64,000 nucleotides of DNA, taken from Lama guanicoe (lineage: Eukaryota). Every line of letters starts with the position of its first letter. The first letter of the stretch is position 1. The stretch is from contig MU053513.1 of the NCBI GenBank assembly GCA_013239625.1, positions 1,104,927-1,168,926 on the forward strand, in the 5' to 3' direction. The notes beneath the pieces were generated by a model, which worked only from the letters and a program-made list of their open reading frames with translations, made no database searches and was not told where the DNA came from. Position numbers and translations under genes: made by a program. This document shows positions 29,501 to 42,548 of this stretch, one piece after another.

Positions 29501-30148
29501 CTTCTTGGGAGCACTTCCAGCCCCACTAGTGGCACTTTATGTGGGTCCCATGGTGTTATTCAAGGTTTACAGTATTGCTCTAAGCATGACAAAGACCACA
29601 CGAGACCTGGGAGAGTTTGCTTTTTACTGTGATACTCAGTTTACTGGAGAGAGGAACTGCTCACGCAGAGCTGATAAGCATCACTTGGCATTTTAAAGAG
29701 ATACTCGCAACACTTGAGCTCACCACAACAGCAGCAGGGGGCGGCCGTGGCGTTATTGCAGTAGAACAGTATGTACTAAAGTTAATTTTATGCAGCTATG
29801 ATTTAATATTGCATCTTTACATTTGTTTACGTTTCTCTCAGCTGTGCATGGCGCCAAGTACGGCCTTTAAGTGTTTGCATGCATAAGTCTTGATAAATTT
29901 TAACTTTTTATAATAAATTTGTGCATATTTTATAGTTATAAATGATCAGACTAGTATTTACATATGTTTTATGCATTCACCTAACTTTTTCTTCATTTTT
30001 TTGGATATTTTTAGACTATATGGTTTGTCTGCAAGTTTTTTCAAATTGTTGCAAATCTCCAATCTATTTTTCCAACATATTTACTGAAAAAGATCTGCAT
30101 ATAAGTGAACTCATGCAGTTCAAAACCGTGTCATTAAAGGATCAACTG
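26596..30148 (-). mobile_element. Tigger2-family (pogo/TcMar) DNA transposon, near full length, decayed transposase
   Basis: TIRs ta|tagttgacccttgaa ... ttaaaggatcaactg|ta with TA flanks. Minus-strand ORF remnants RTFISKEEKQAPGFKAGRDRLTALFCANAVG (28821-29003) and ILDNVSGH...LIQPLDQGVIKSFKAH (28173-28661) are pogo-type DDE motifs, broken by frameshifts. Confidence 0.93.
26671..26845 (-). mobile_element. Young L1 3' tail inserted in the Tigger element
   Basis: Flanked by a perfect 20-bp TSD aaaaatcaagtacaattttt (26651-26670 and 26846-26865). Confidence 0.9.
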
Positions 30149-30269
30149 TAGTTGTTATGTTCTTGTCACAATTGGCTTTTCATGAATTGTGTTCACATCC
30201 TATCATATGTTTTCTTTTTTCTTTTTTTTTTTTTTTGCAAGTTCATGTTTTATTTCCAATACATTTGGG

Positions 30270-30450
30270 GATTTTTTTTAATTGAACTACAGTCAGTTAC
30301 AATGTGTCAGTTTTTGGTGTACAGCACAATGTCCCAGTCATGCATATACATACACATATTCATTTTCATATTCTTTTTCATTATAGGTTATTACAAGATA
30401 TTGAATATAGTTCCCTGTGCTATACAGAAGAAACTTGTTTTTTTAATCTA
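30270..30450 (-). mobile_element. L1 3' tail fragment
   Basis: ttgaactacagtcagttacaatgtgtcagtttttggtgtacagcac...ttccctgtgctatacag. Confidence 0.8.
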
Positions 30451-31707
30451 TTTCTCATATGTTTTCTGATCACTTCATTTAATCTCCCAAAACATTATTG
30501 AACATCTATTATATGCAGAAACTTTACTAACTGAACTGCCCACGAAAAGCGGTATGCCAGGTACACAGCCATGCAGCTAAGTCGGTAACATACAGTGTGC
30601 TAATGCTGAAAGATCATCTACAAAGAGTCAGCAGAATGCAACTGACGGAGAAATCAACCCTTGATTGGCAGGTGATAGAGAGGTGCAGGGGAAAGAATGT
30701 TACCGAAGGAAGGTCAGGGAAAGACGAACAATAATAGGCATTTATTTACTGCCTACTGTGTTTCTGACACTTCTCAAAATGTACTTTATATATATGCTCT
30801 CATTTAATCCTCAAAACAGCTCTCAGTTGTTTCTGTACTATAATTATTCCCATTTACCAGATGAGAAAACAAGGTAAACAGAAATTTAGTAACTGCCCCA
30901 AAGTGTGAACAAAGGCATGGAGAAAGGACAATGCATAAAATAGTCAGAAAGAGGAAGTCATTCTGTGGCGCTCTTGTTTTATCATTTGAGATCAAACATG
31001 TCCAGATTAGGAAAACTGTCCCAAGAAGTTTGAACATAATACTATGTGGATGAAAGGAATTCATTGTCAGTCTTTGTGAAGGAAGCATCAGCAGAGAATC
31101 AGGACACAGTGTCGTGTTTCTATAGCAATGGACTATAGTAACTAATTTGCAAACTCTTGGTTCATTTAGAATAATTCTACTTCAAATATAAATTAAAATT
31201 GAAGGAACATGGCACTTTGAAGCATAATGTTTCTTCTGTTCTCCAGGAGTGTAATTTGTCTGCACAAATTAGCTCATGTATAAGTGAGGTTCAGACTTCA
31301 TTATCCAAAAGTAATGTAATTGGGGATAACATTTATGAAAAGCAAAAAGCAAAAGGACCATTTTACATGTTCTTTGATCACCATAAACCTTGAGTACTAT
31401 ATATTAAAGTTTCTATTCTGTGGGTTGACAAACACACTAAAATAGGTTCATTAATGATAGCTTAAAATGTAAATACGTACGAATACTGGGTCTGAGATGA
31501 TGCCAGGAATAACAAAATGTAACACAGAACACAGCATTTCCAAATACTATCACATATTCAACATCAAAAGAAAATTATCTTTCAGTTAAATGTTGCAGAC
31601 CTTCAATAAAATTACACTTTTTAAATGTTTTCTGTTGTAATCTTTTTTTTTAAGAATTAGAAGCCTGAATTTTCAACCTTCAGCGTCCTCTTCATTTAGT
31701 AGAGCAT

Positions 31708-31726
31708 TGACCACAAGGGGGCAGAC
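31708..31726 (+). promoter_or_regulatory. Candidate CTCF site
   Basis: tgaccacaagggggcagac closely matches the CTCF core, in apparently non-repeat sequence. Confidence 0.55.
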
Positions 31727-34700
31727 ATCACCAAGCCATTTAATATGTTTCTATTTGCTAGTTTAGATTTTGAACCTGAGATAAAGTATGCTCTTGAAGC
31801 CAAAGGTTTATTTTCTTTAAAACTGTATATTCAAACAAGCAAAAAAAAAAAGAAAAAATCTTATAGTTGAATTTTAAGTTTCTTTCATTTTCTTATGAGC
31901 TACCAAGTCCAAGTCTTACCTTTGTTTTCAACTACAAAAAATTAAATTTATAATAGACTGATAATTATCAGTTTGTTGTTGTCTAAGATTGACAATGTCC
32001 TTCAGAACCTGGATTTGTGTTTCCAAGTGCCTACACTAATAATTTAGTGATGTATATAATCTAATTTAATTTTTACGACGTGTCTGTGAATAAACTATTC
32101 TCATCCTCATCTGTAAGCTGGGGGAATTAAAGATTTTTAAAAAATCACCAATTATGTGGCATAATGGGGATTTAGACCCAGTTCTGTCTAACTCTGTTTA
32201 TGTATGATATTACTTCTTTTGTTCTGTATGAGATATACAGTACATGTGAAAAAGTAAGTAAAATAAATGTATACAACTTAAAGATAATTATAAAGCAAAT
32301 ATCTAAACTGAATAAGGAAAAATAAATAACTTAAATAAAGCAAATACCCATCTCACTACCATCCTGACTGAAACAAAGGACATTTTGAGCTCCTGCAGTT
32401 GCAGCAAGTGAGCTGCTCACTCTCCACAAAGCCCCTCCACCTTGGAAGCTAATCACCATCTTCATTTTTATGGTCATCATTCCATAAAAAATTTCTTTTA
32501 TTTAGAACATTTGTGAGTTTTATATAAGTCCATTCATAGTGTATAGATTCATTCATGTCCTTGTCCTTTTGGTCAATATCCTATTTGTAATATTTATCTA
32601 TACTGTCATATATAGTTATTTTTCTTTAATTTTCATTGCTACATGAAATGAAATGCTCTATGCAATATACCACAATTTATTATCTGTTCTTCTATTTATA
32701 GGCATGGAGGTTGTTCCCAATTTGTTACTATTATAAACAATGCTACTCCAAAAATTTTCACACATTTATTTTGATGTACATATAAAAAATTGTCCCTAAG
32801 ATATATATCTGAGAGTCAAATTGCTAGCTCTGTGCATCTGTCTGCATATTTTCAACTTTATTGGAAACCATCCAAAAGTCTACTGACAGGTGAATAAAGA
32901 AAGAAATGTGGTACATCCATACAATGGAATACTACTCAGCAATAAAAGGAAGGAACTGTTGATACATGCGACAATATGGATGCACCAGGTGGACTATTTT
33001 ATTCCTTCTTTATCCACTATTAGTTGTAATACAATATTATTATATTGATAGATATTGCATATATAACTTTTCCAAAATGAAGTTTGCTTCTTCCTCTGGC
33101 CAGTTAGTTTCCATGGGTAATACACCACATTGGGGTGGGGGGATCATTTCGTCTTGGAGGTTTATTATTTTCATAAATTTATTTTCATTTACATCTATAA
33201 ATGAGCCTGTAAATTCTTTATGACACTAAACAGTTATGGTAGAGTTTTAAATGATGCATAGCACACAACACCTCAGTAATACTACTGTGACATTTTACCA
33301 CCTTTTCTAGTAAAAATGCCATTTTCTGTATGCCATATATTTTCCTGCAACTGGGGTAGTCACCAGAGGTTATTGCTCTGTAAATTTTGGGTGCCTTCCA
33401 ATCTGGATGGTCAGCCATCAAAAACTAAGTTTTGGCTGATAGGGATTCCTAGGGACACAATGCTCCCCATAACGAGGGAGGGTTGATCCCAGACCTGCCC
33501 AATCTCAACCAGTTTTACTCAGGGCAATGTGATCTTGTTTTTAAGTTGGGCACTCCTGTTATGAGGAAGCAGCAATGAAAGACTGCATTCTCAGGGACGG
33601 CCTGCCGTATTAGGTTGACCTTAGTGTTTCCAGAGCCTAAGCCTCCATTTCACCCAGCACCTGCTTTCTCTCTCGCCCCCCCCCCTTTTTCTTTCTCTTT
33701 CAATTTCAGGTAGCTTTCAAATAGCTGGAAAGATATTGTCTTTCCAGATGACCTACCAGCAAGACAAGCTTCCTAAGAGAGAACTCCAGTGTCCCTAACT
33801 GGGTTAAGATTCCTCTCAGCATGGTGGTGAGCCCCCTGAAAAGCCATCTGCATTTAACTGAACACACCAAGTCCAATCCCCAAGGCTCTCAGTCTCTCTT
33901 GTCATGCTGGGGCCAGTTTTAGTTAATCCACCACAAGCATTGTTGCCACAAACTGCTGGTGCTGTGAATGTTATTCACACAGGTAGTGGGCACCTAAAAT
34001 ATTGGTATTCCAGGAGATGGTCAGTTGAACATGTTGACCCCTCGATGCTGTTCGATTTAATAGGAATAGGCTTTTCATAATCATCCTTTTCAAAGTTTCA
34101 GAGGCAAACCCCATCAGTGATATTTGTTCACTGTATCAGGCATAATTCACTCTCTTGGACACCATTTTGATTTCCTGAATGCCCTGCTGACTTACTGTCC
34201 CTTCCACATGCATATGTGATTTAGTCCAAAGAGAAAAGGAGACTCCAGGACCTACTGGAAATGCTGTAGTGGCACCTCTCCCTTCATACTCATGCCCCGC
34301 TCAGAGGCACAGCACATCCCGCTCAGTTCAAAGGAAGGCTCTCTCTCCAGGTACAACAAAATCAGTATGATACATGTAGTCAACAAAATGTGACTCAGAT
34401 GGAAATTCCAACCATCTAATATTGAGGTGGTTCATCAAGGGCAATTGACGTCTTTTCGGTAAGTAACTAAGTCAGGGTTCTTAGGTCAGTCTTGCAGTTT
34501 GACTTCAGTGTCATTCTCTTTCCCAGAAGAAAAAAAAAAAAAGTCCAGGATCTTCTCTCTGAGTTAGCAATTACTTGGCATTATATCTGAGAGAAATAGT
34601 TAAGAGTGTTTTTCTCTGGCTCTGAAATACTCTCTCAGGAAAAGAGTGATGCATCATTACACATTGTCTGTGCTTTGTTTCCATCTGCCACGATCCCCCT

Positions 34701-35075
34701 TTTGCTCGCCATTTGTTCCTTGCTTATTACCAGATTATATTCCCTGGGTGTGTCTCCTTACTGTTTACCTGATTGGCAGGTAGCTGGAATAGTGGCCAAG
34801 GCTTCCCCTTCTGTTCACTCCTGGGAAGAAGGGAAGGCAAATAGTGATGGGACCATCCTATCTGTAGTCAACAGGGCAGCACTTAACAGTCCTGGGTAAG
34901 GGAACATGAGGGGGGTCACTATCAAGTCCATTGTTTTCTTACCAGTATGCAAGTCAGATTCAAAGAAACTGAAGTTGTTTCCCGAGTTGCAAATCCTCCC
35001 TCTGCTGGGAGAAGCTGTTGTAGTCTTGAACACAGCACAGTTGAATCTAGCAAGATAAAACAAATGTTCTTTTGG

Positions 35076-35177
35076 ATGCTTGCTTCGGCAGCACATATAC
35101 CAAAACTGGAACAAGACAGAGATTAATGTGGCCCCTGTGCAAACGCTAGTAGGCAAACAGGTGAAGCGCTCCATATT
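35076..35177 (+). pseudogene. RNU6 (pseudogene): U6 snRNA retropseudogene, full length, diverged
   Basis: atgcttgcttcggcagcacatataccaaaactggaacaagacagaga...gtggcccctgtgcaa...gtgaagcgctccatatt aligns end to end with U6. Followed by an A-rich tail; many substitutions. Confidence 0.92.
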
Positions 35178-37074
35178 AAATAAAAGCAAAGGAAAGAAAT
35201 CTTCAGAGAGTTGTGTGATCGCACCATCACTCATCTTTACCCCTACATCCACATACCAACCCTGCCAAATGATTTTTCTACTTTATGTTTCTACTTTATT
35301 GACCCAGTCAAGCCAGCCAGTCCTTGATGATCAATAGATATTTTAATTACCCATCTCAGGTCTTTATCAAACTGCTGCTACATGAGTGATATGGAATTTG
35401 GTAAGTCCACATGATGTTAAGTCTCTTAGCTCATTTTTGTACATAGGCAACAGTGAAATGTTTAATTTGATAAAATATAACCTAGGAGACTGAGTTACTT
35501 CACATTCTGCTATTCCAAATCTTTAATGTTATCTTCAGCCACAGCCAAAGGGTAAACAAAGTCAAAGTCTAACTTGAGTTTGTTCTAGTCAGGACCCAGT
35601 TGAAGCCACATGGGGCTATCAGTAAGGGTCCTACATTGTCGACCTGTCATTCCTTGCCCTTGAGGAACCTGACCCAAAATCATCTTTTGGCAATTATTTT
35701 CCCATTCACAATCCATATAGCATATTCTCACATAATCAATTTCCATAGCAGAGTATGTCATGGTTTCCACCCAATATTTAATTGGGAAGCTTAAGTAATA
35801 ATATCCCCATTTATTTTATATATCCAAGTAGATACATCCAAGAAATAGACCAAAGCATAAGCCTTTGTCTTCTAATCCCAGGTTTTATCTGATGATTACT
35901 GACATGGCCCATTTTAATTCTTCTACAGAATTTCCACACATTTCCATAATTTACTTCTCCTCACACTAGTATTCTTAACTGTCCACTATAAAGTGTTATT
36001 TTATTAGGATGAAAATCACAGGTTCACACTTCACAATAACAGAAACTAACCATTCTTCTGGTGGTTCTTTCATCTGTCCCAAGGGCAGGGCTGCAACCTG
36101 CTCATGGATACAATGTACTTTCCCAGAGTCGCATCTGGTTACTATTCCATTTCTATGTTATCCGTCATTGGAGCTGATCTGTCATCATTGGAATAGCTCT
36201 CTGACATTACCTAATAATATAATACGTATTTTAGATCTTAGACTTACTTGATGTCTTTCTACAATGGGAGCTATCTCCACCAAAGCCCAGTTTCAGGACA
36301 ACAGCGGTCTCTTGGAATGACTACATGTAGCTACTGCCATCAGGTTACTTGCAAATCTAAGTCTCCCAGTGGTCACCAAGTGGAAACAGTTGTAGACTTC
36401 TTCCAGGGAATTTAGCCTGCATATGTCCAGATAGTAAATACTTCCAAAACAATTTATGTAACAGCATCACATTGTCTTGATTTTGCTGCTTGAGCTATAG
36501 TGCTTCCTTTAAAATTCTAAGTCTCTTTTGTTCCAGATCCCATTCAAACTCACATTTCTCTTTGGTCACTTGATGTATAAAAGATAATAATACATTGGGT
36601 GCAATATATTTACCCTCCAAGATTCAAATAGCCCTAGAATCCACTGAGCCTCATTCTAATTAGTATGGTCTGGCAAATGTTATGTACTGTCTCTGGAAAG
36701 ACTCCTATACTTCCAGCCCATGTTTTTCACTCAAAATTGACACGAATGAGTTATCACAATTCTCATTTTCCCCTGGCTTTGTTTTCTAATAAATTATCAT
36801 AATGGTATCATTGTTATGAATCAGCTGACTTTTGATAATGATCAAGCATAAATCTGTCTTATTAGGTTATGACAGTGTACCAGAGAATATAAGTATTTTT
36901 GAGGGTGGATGGAGAATGTATACTGTTGCTCCCATGAGAACGTAAGTTAAGCCTGGCTTTCTTTTGATATGGGAATGGAAAACAAAGCATAAGAAGGAAA
37001 TTGTATAATTTGTTACTCTCTCTATGTAGTTTATTATAATATATATGTATATAATAGATAGACATATACATACA

Positions 37075-37530
37075 TTATTATTGGTCTCAATTCTTCACTC
37101 CTTTCTGCAATCACTAACCCGCCATGACCTCATTGTTGCAGAGGCTGAATTTTTTAGCCCCTTGGTTTTGGTTTACCCATATGACTTGCTTTGGCCAATG
37201 GCAGGTGGGCAGAAGTGATGATGTGCTAGTTGCACACCTAGGCTTTAAGGCACATTGCATGACTCCCCCACCTTCCTGCAATTCTGCTGCACAAGAGGAA
37301 CCTCCCCCAGGAGGCTCCTGTCTCAGCAGTTTCAGAAAGCACACACCTGGAGTAGAGCAGCCCTGTCAGCCTACCCCAATAGCCACAGCTTGAAGCATAG
37401 CCCTTCAGCTGAGCCCAAGCTGGGATAACAAAACTTCAGCCAACCCTCAGATGCAGGGAATAATAAATGATTCCTCTTCAAGGCACTAAATTTTGAAGTA
37501 GTTTCTCAGGCAGCAAGAGTTAACCAAACA
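37075..37530 (+). mobile_element. Old MLT1 LTR
   Basis: atgacttgctttggccaatggcaggtgggcagaagtga...aataaatgattcctcttcaaggcactaaatttt. Confidence 0.7.
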
Positions 37531-38832
37531 TGAAGTACTAATAGGTCAAATTTCTTGTATCTCTCATTTTAAATGCCCTAATCAAGTGCTTAATTTGAAC
37601 TTGTGGATTTAAGTTGAAATCTTAGTAAATGTTTGTCATATATTGGGAAATGTAGAATAACTTTAGATTTACTATGATTTTAAGGTCAAGATATTAGATC
37701 TGTAAGAATCTTTTAGTACTTGGGAAGGTCTAGTCAAACAACTGAACTGCTAAAATAAGAAATTAAATATATTAAATTTTGAGATGGAGTTTTAAAATTT
37801 TGGAAGGTTTGAGTCACTGAATTTTTAAATAAAACCAAAATATATTTAAATGCCTTTAAAAAGGGATTAGTATTATCTATTAAAGCTAAGCATGTACATA
37901 CATAGTAATTCTGTCCTAACTGTATACACCCAATGGAAATATTTCCCTTTGTTCTCCAAAAGGCACATACTGGAATGCTTATACTAGCACTGTTTGTAAT
38001 AGTCCCAAACTGAAAACTGCCCAACTGCCCATCAAATAGATGAGAATAAATGATCTTTATCTTTGTGCTATTATATGAATCAAACAAACAAATGCATTAT
38101 CACATGAAAGAAGTCAGACCCAAAAGAGTAAATAGTTTATAAGACTAGTTATGTAAGGGATAAAAAAAGACCACTCTATGCAATTAAAAGTCAGAACAGT
38201 GGCTATCCTAGATAACTAGCCTGGGCGTAACGGGGACTTACAGGATACTGATGATGTTCTGTTTCTTATCTGAGTTTGAATTTCATGGGTTTGTAATGTT
38301 TGTCAAAATGTATCTCGCTATGTATTATACTTAAGAACCATGCACTTTTTAGGTGCATATGATACTTTAGCTTAAAAAGCTTTTTATTAAAGTTTAAAAC
38401 CTTTTGTAAAGGTGAGCCAGTTTAAACTAATTAAGAAGAATTTTAGCAAACTTTTTTATCTGAATGAGGAACTAGATATGAAACTTCCCAAATCTATAAG
38501 GGAACATATTATAGTGCCCCTCCAGCTCAGTTAATCCAATAGTAGTAGCCCTGTCCATGATTAACTTTCTTTTTCAAATAATAAATCACTCTTCCTGAGC
38601 AGATATGACCTACAATGTGCTGATCACCCTTCCTTGTTCTTCTAGATAAAGTAATTATTCCTGGGGGGTAGGGGTACGACTTGAGCTAGATCAATTGAGG
38701 TCCTTTTCTGTATTATTTCACAATGAAACTGGGAAATAAAAATCCTGTTTCACTTCAGGTCACAAGACTGAATTAATGTCAGCCTGAAGCTTGGACTCAG
38801 AAGATGTAGATTTATCATGATTGCTATCCTGA

Positions 38833-39195
38833 AAAATACAATATGATATCACTCATATGTGAAATCTGAAAAAAAAAAGACAAATGAACTCATAAATAAA
38901 ACAGAAACAGACTCTCAGACATAGAATATAGACCTGTTACTGCCAGGACAGAGTGGGGTGGGAAGGGATAAACTGGGAGTTCGAGATTTGCAGATACTGA
39001 CTGGTATATATAAAATAGGTAAACAAGTTTATGCTGTATAACACAGGGAAGTATATTCAATATCTTGTAGTAGCTCATGGTGAAAAAGAATATGAAAATG
39101 AATATATGTATATTCATGTATGACTGAAGCATTGTGCTGTGCACCGGAAGTTGACACAACATTGTAAGCTGACTATACCTCAATAAAAAGAAAAA
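38833..39195 (+). mobile_element. Young L1 3' UTR, just downstream of the IFI44 polyA site
   Basis: Same family as 7522-7950. TSD gattgcta(t/g)cctga at ~38819 and ~39196. Confidence 0.85.
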
Positions 39196-39734
39196 GATTG
39201 CTAGCCTGAGAGAATGACAACAATATACAGAAAGAAGGGATCAAAAGGCTGTGTGTGTGTGTGTGTGTGTTTGTTTAAGGGAGAGAGAAAGAAACAGAAT
39301 AGTTCTGGAATCCCTGAATTCAACCACTTATGAGGACAATCTAGTCCAATCCCAGCCTTTCCCATGGTATGATTACTTGGCCCATTACTACAGTCTTCTT
39401 TTCTAATCACGCAGTTCAGGTTGAGTTTTGTCACTTGTAACTAAAATAGTCGTAACTTACAGAGTAATCATACTACAGTCCCTTTCAATTTTGGTCTTCT
39501 GGAACTCACTAACTGCCACATCCTGGAAGAAGTGTTCAGATATTAAAGTAAAAATGGATTTAGGTTAAAGAATACAACATTAACTGGGACACAAAGAGAG
39601 CAAAATCAAGCACTTTAGAAATAAAATAAGAAGGCAAATTAAAATGACTTGAGTGAAGAGCAGAAGATGCTGGCAAATCATATTAAAATAAGCTTTGCCA
39701 AAATCACACACACACGCACCCATGTTAGACTCGG

Positions 39735-40045
39735 GTTTTATAAAAAGAAACTTTAATTTTTCACAGATACAAAACATAAATTCAAAAGGAATTACGATTG
39801 TTTTCACAATTAATGACTTTAAATTGTGCTGTTCTTATTTATAGGTGATATGATTTTGTATGTGTAACTTCATTCCAGATAAAAATAAAATAGGTTCAGT
39901 TTCCACTACTTCTCTCCTTCCTGTGTTTTCTCATGTCTTAATTTTCATTCCTCCATGATGAGATAAAAATACACATATATTAATGTAAAACATTCACTTA
40001 CTCATTGTCTTTACTCATACACTTAATAATCCTTTCCTCTCATCT
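39735..40045 (-). other. IFI44: IFI44 terminal exon 9 / 3' UTR with polyA signal
   Basis: Intact acceptor tttttttctctttattcag| ending at 40046. The 3' end (TTTATGTTTTGTATCTGTGAAAAATTAAAGTTTC) resembles the recalled human IFI44 3' UTR end. ATTAAA at 39757-39752 with a GT-rich downstream element at ~39700-39720. Confidence 0.75.
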
Positions 40046-40793
40046 CTGAATAAAGAGAAAAAAAATATTCTTGATGGACTATTTAGGGAAAAGCAACTAG
40101 CAGGAGGAAAACCCACTGGGCTCCTGGAGGTCTAAGCCAACCCTGGCTTTGAGAGTGCCTGCACCATGAGGAAGAGAAAGAATGGAGAAACCAAGACTGC
40201 AGAGTCAGGACAGCAAAGGCAGTAGAATGAGGGTTTCCCAGTAGTTTGCAGTGAGAGAGAACTAGAGATGTTATGATACCCTAATTTGACTTCCCACAAA
40301 CTAAAGTAAGATTTGAGTTTAGACTGAAACGTGTCTGATCTCTGGTTGGAACGGTAAAGCGAGTAGTGCGCACACGTTGACAACAGAAAATACATGGAGC
40401 CCTGAAATCTGAGGCTGTCAACAGGAAGGGCGCCCACCGCTACCCAGAACTGATCACACTGCCTTAAGAGAGACTCTGACGAGGAGAGGTGTCGAAAAGC
40501 CAAGCTAAAAAGGGCAAAGAAGCATCAGGTCCCAGAAAAGGACCAACAGTCAGAGACCATATCGGATCAGGAACAACGGCGAGCCAAGCCCTTTCTGGGT
40601 CTCACGCAATGAAGCCCATTTTGACAGAAGAGGGCAAAGATGCAGCTGGGAATGTTCAGTGGGAAAGGCACGGGTGGGTCATGTCAAAAATTTCATTTTA
40701 AAAAGAGACGAAGGGTTAGAGAAGTAGTGCAGATCCTCCAGGAGGGACACAAACCGGAAGTCCCCGCGGAGCTGACACGTTCGCGCTTCTGCG

Positions 40794-40985
40794 TCACCAA
40801 ACACATCTGTCTGTTTCTTCAAAGGGCAGATCCTCTAAGAAGTCGTCTGCAGCCCACAGCATCTGCCTCAGCGCAGAGAGGACCAGAACGTCCACGACAG
40901 GCTCCAGCTCCCACTCTGAGGTGTAATTTCTAACCACGAAGATGTTAGAAGGAGGAAATCCAAGTTCTCGGTGAACTGCCTCCAA
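40794..40985 (-). CDS. IFI44: IFI44 exon 8, last coding segment, read through to TGA
   Basis: tgcag|LEAVHRELGFPPSNIFVVRNYTSEWELEPVVDVLVLSALRQMLWAADDFLEDLPFEETDRCVW*. No GT at the expected donor after nt 175. Summed CDS is 1272 nt = 423 aa plus stop. Confidence 0.9.
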   Translation of the reverse strand: MEAVHRELGFPPSNIFVVRNYTSEWELEPVVDVLVLSALRQMLWAADDFLEDLPFEETDRCVW

Positions 40986-42343
40986 CTGCAACACCGACAT
41001 TAAAACCCAGAAATCTTAAGACAGTGAAAAATACAATTTTACGTCAACATGAATCATGAAAGCAGTAACAAAACGTAGGAGCTTGGCAGTACTTTCCCTG
41101 TTGGAGGACGGGGGACAGAGATTTAGCCCCATAAAGTTCTTTTCTTCAAGACCTTGGCAAGTCAAGATCTATTATCACTGCTCGTTTTCAACTTAGCATA
41201 CATGTAGTAGATTCAATATGAATTAGAAATAAAAAAACAACTAATAGTTCCATATGAACTGCTTTGAAATTGAAGCATTTTTAATGCCCTTACACTAGAG
41301 TCCATAATTTGCCTGTTTCCTTTTAAAGGTTATTCTCAGGATAAGCCATTTTACTAGACTAGTTTAATGTCAATGCTTCATTCGTGCTTAGACTAGTTTA
41401 TTCGTGGAGCCGCACTGCCTGGATTCAAAACAGGGCTCTGTCACTTCTTAGCACTATCAATAAACTGGCAAATGCTTTTACTCTGTCTCCTTTTGTTTCT
41501 GTATCTATCAAATGTGGTCGTAACAGTACCTGTCTCACAGGGTTGTAAGTATTCAGTAGGAAAATTTCTCACATACTTAGTGTTCAACAAATATTAGTTA
41601 TCATTATGTCTTCCCAACTGGTGTTCCCACCTCCAGGTTCCTTTTGACTCCAATCTATTCTGCACGTGGGTGGCAGATTAATTTTTCTGAAGCTCAACTT
41701 TGGTCACGACAATATTCTTTCCAAAAATTTTTATGATTCCCCATATGCACCTAATGAATTAAATCACCTCATGCAAATGAAACTTTCTCACTTCCTCCCC
41801 CGCTCCAAGGATCCAAACCTCCACTAAATTAACGGCTCCATGATTCCCTCACATGCTGCCTTTTCCTTCACTGATGTATTATTGACTTATGCTGTTCCTA
41901 GAGCTTGAAATTGGTTTTTCCTCCCCATTTTTGTCCCTTCATTTCCTGAAATACCTTCTTCTCCTTGAAAGTCATCTCCCAGTGCCACCTCAGTAATAAA
42001 ATCTTCCCCATCCCTTAATACAATTTTGTCTTCTCTAAACATTAAATACTTTTCATTTTTAATCATTTCATGACACTTATCATACTCAATCACATCACAT
42101 TCTTTTGTCAATTTCCTCTTATCTTACTTCCCCAACCTCTCACCTCTATTGATAAAATTATAAGCTTTTTAGTGCAGGGAACTTGTTTTCATCATCTGAT
42201 AAATACTGGTTGAATTGAACCTAATTAAATTAAATTGTAATGGATGGAATTATCTGTATCAGCATAATGATGAACATATATTTAATTTTTAAAACTTGGG
42301 AAATGAGTCTGAATTATCCCAAGCAATGGTTTTAACTCTTCTT

Positions 42344-42548
42344 TTTTTAACATTTTTTATTGAGTTATAGTCATTTTACAATGTTGTGTCAAATTCCAGT
42401 GTAGAGCACAACTTTTCAGTTATACATGAACATATGTATATTCATTGTCACTTTTTTTTTTACTGTGAGCTACCGCAAAATCTTGTATATATTTCCCTGT
42501 GCTATACAGTACAATCTTGTTTATTTATTCTACATTTTGAAATCCCAG
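42344..42548 (-). mobile_element. Young L1 3' tail in IFI44 intron 7
   Basis: TSD tggttttaa(c/t)tcttctt at 42327 and 42549. Confidence 0.85.

Noticed and set aside
33200..36900. Possible ERVL/MaLR internal remnant (also LTR-like stretches at ~3640-4110 and ~8400-9240)
   Set aside because: Looks retroviral in texture, but I could not read diagnostic motifs or boundaries; needs RepeatMasker.
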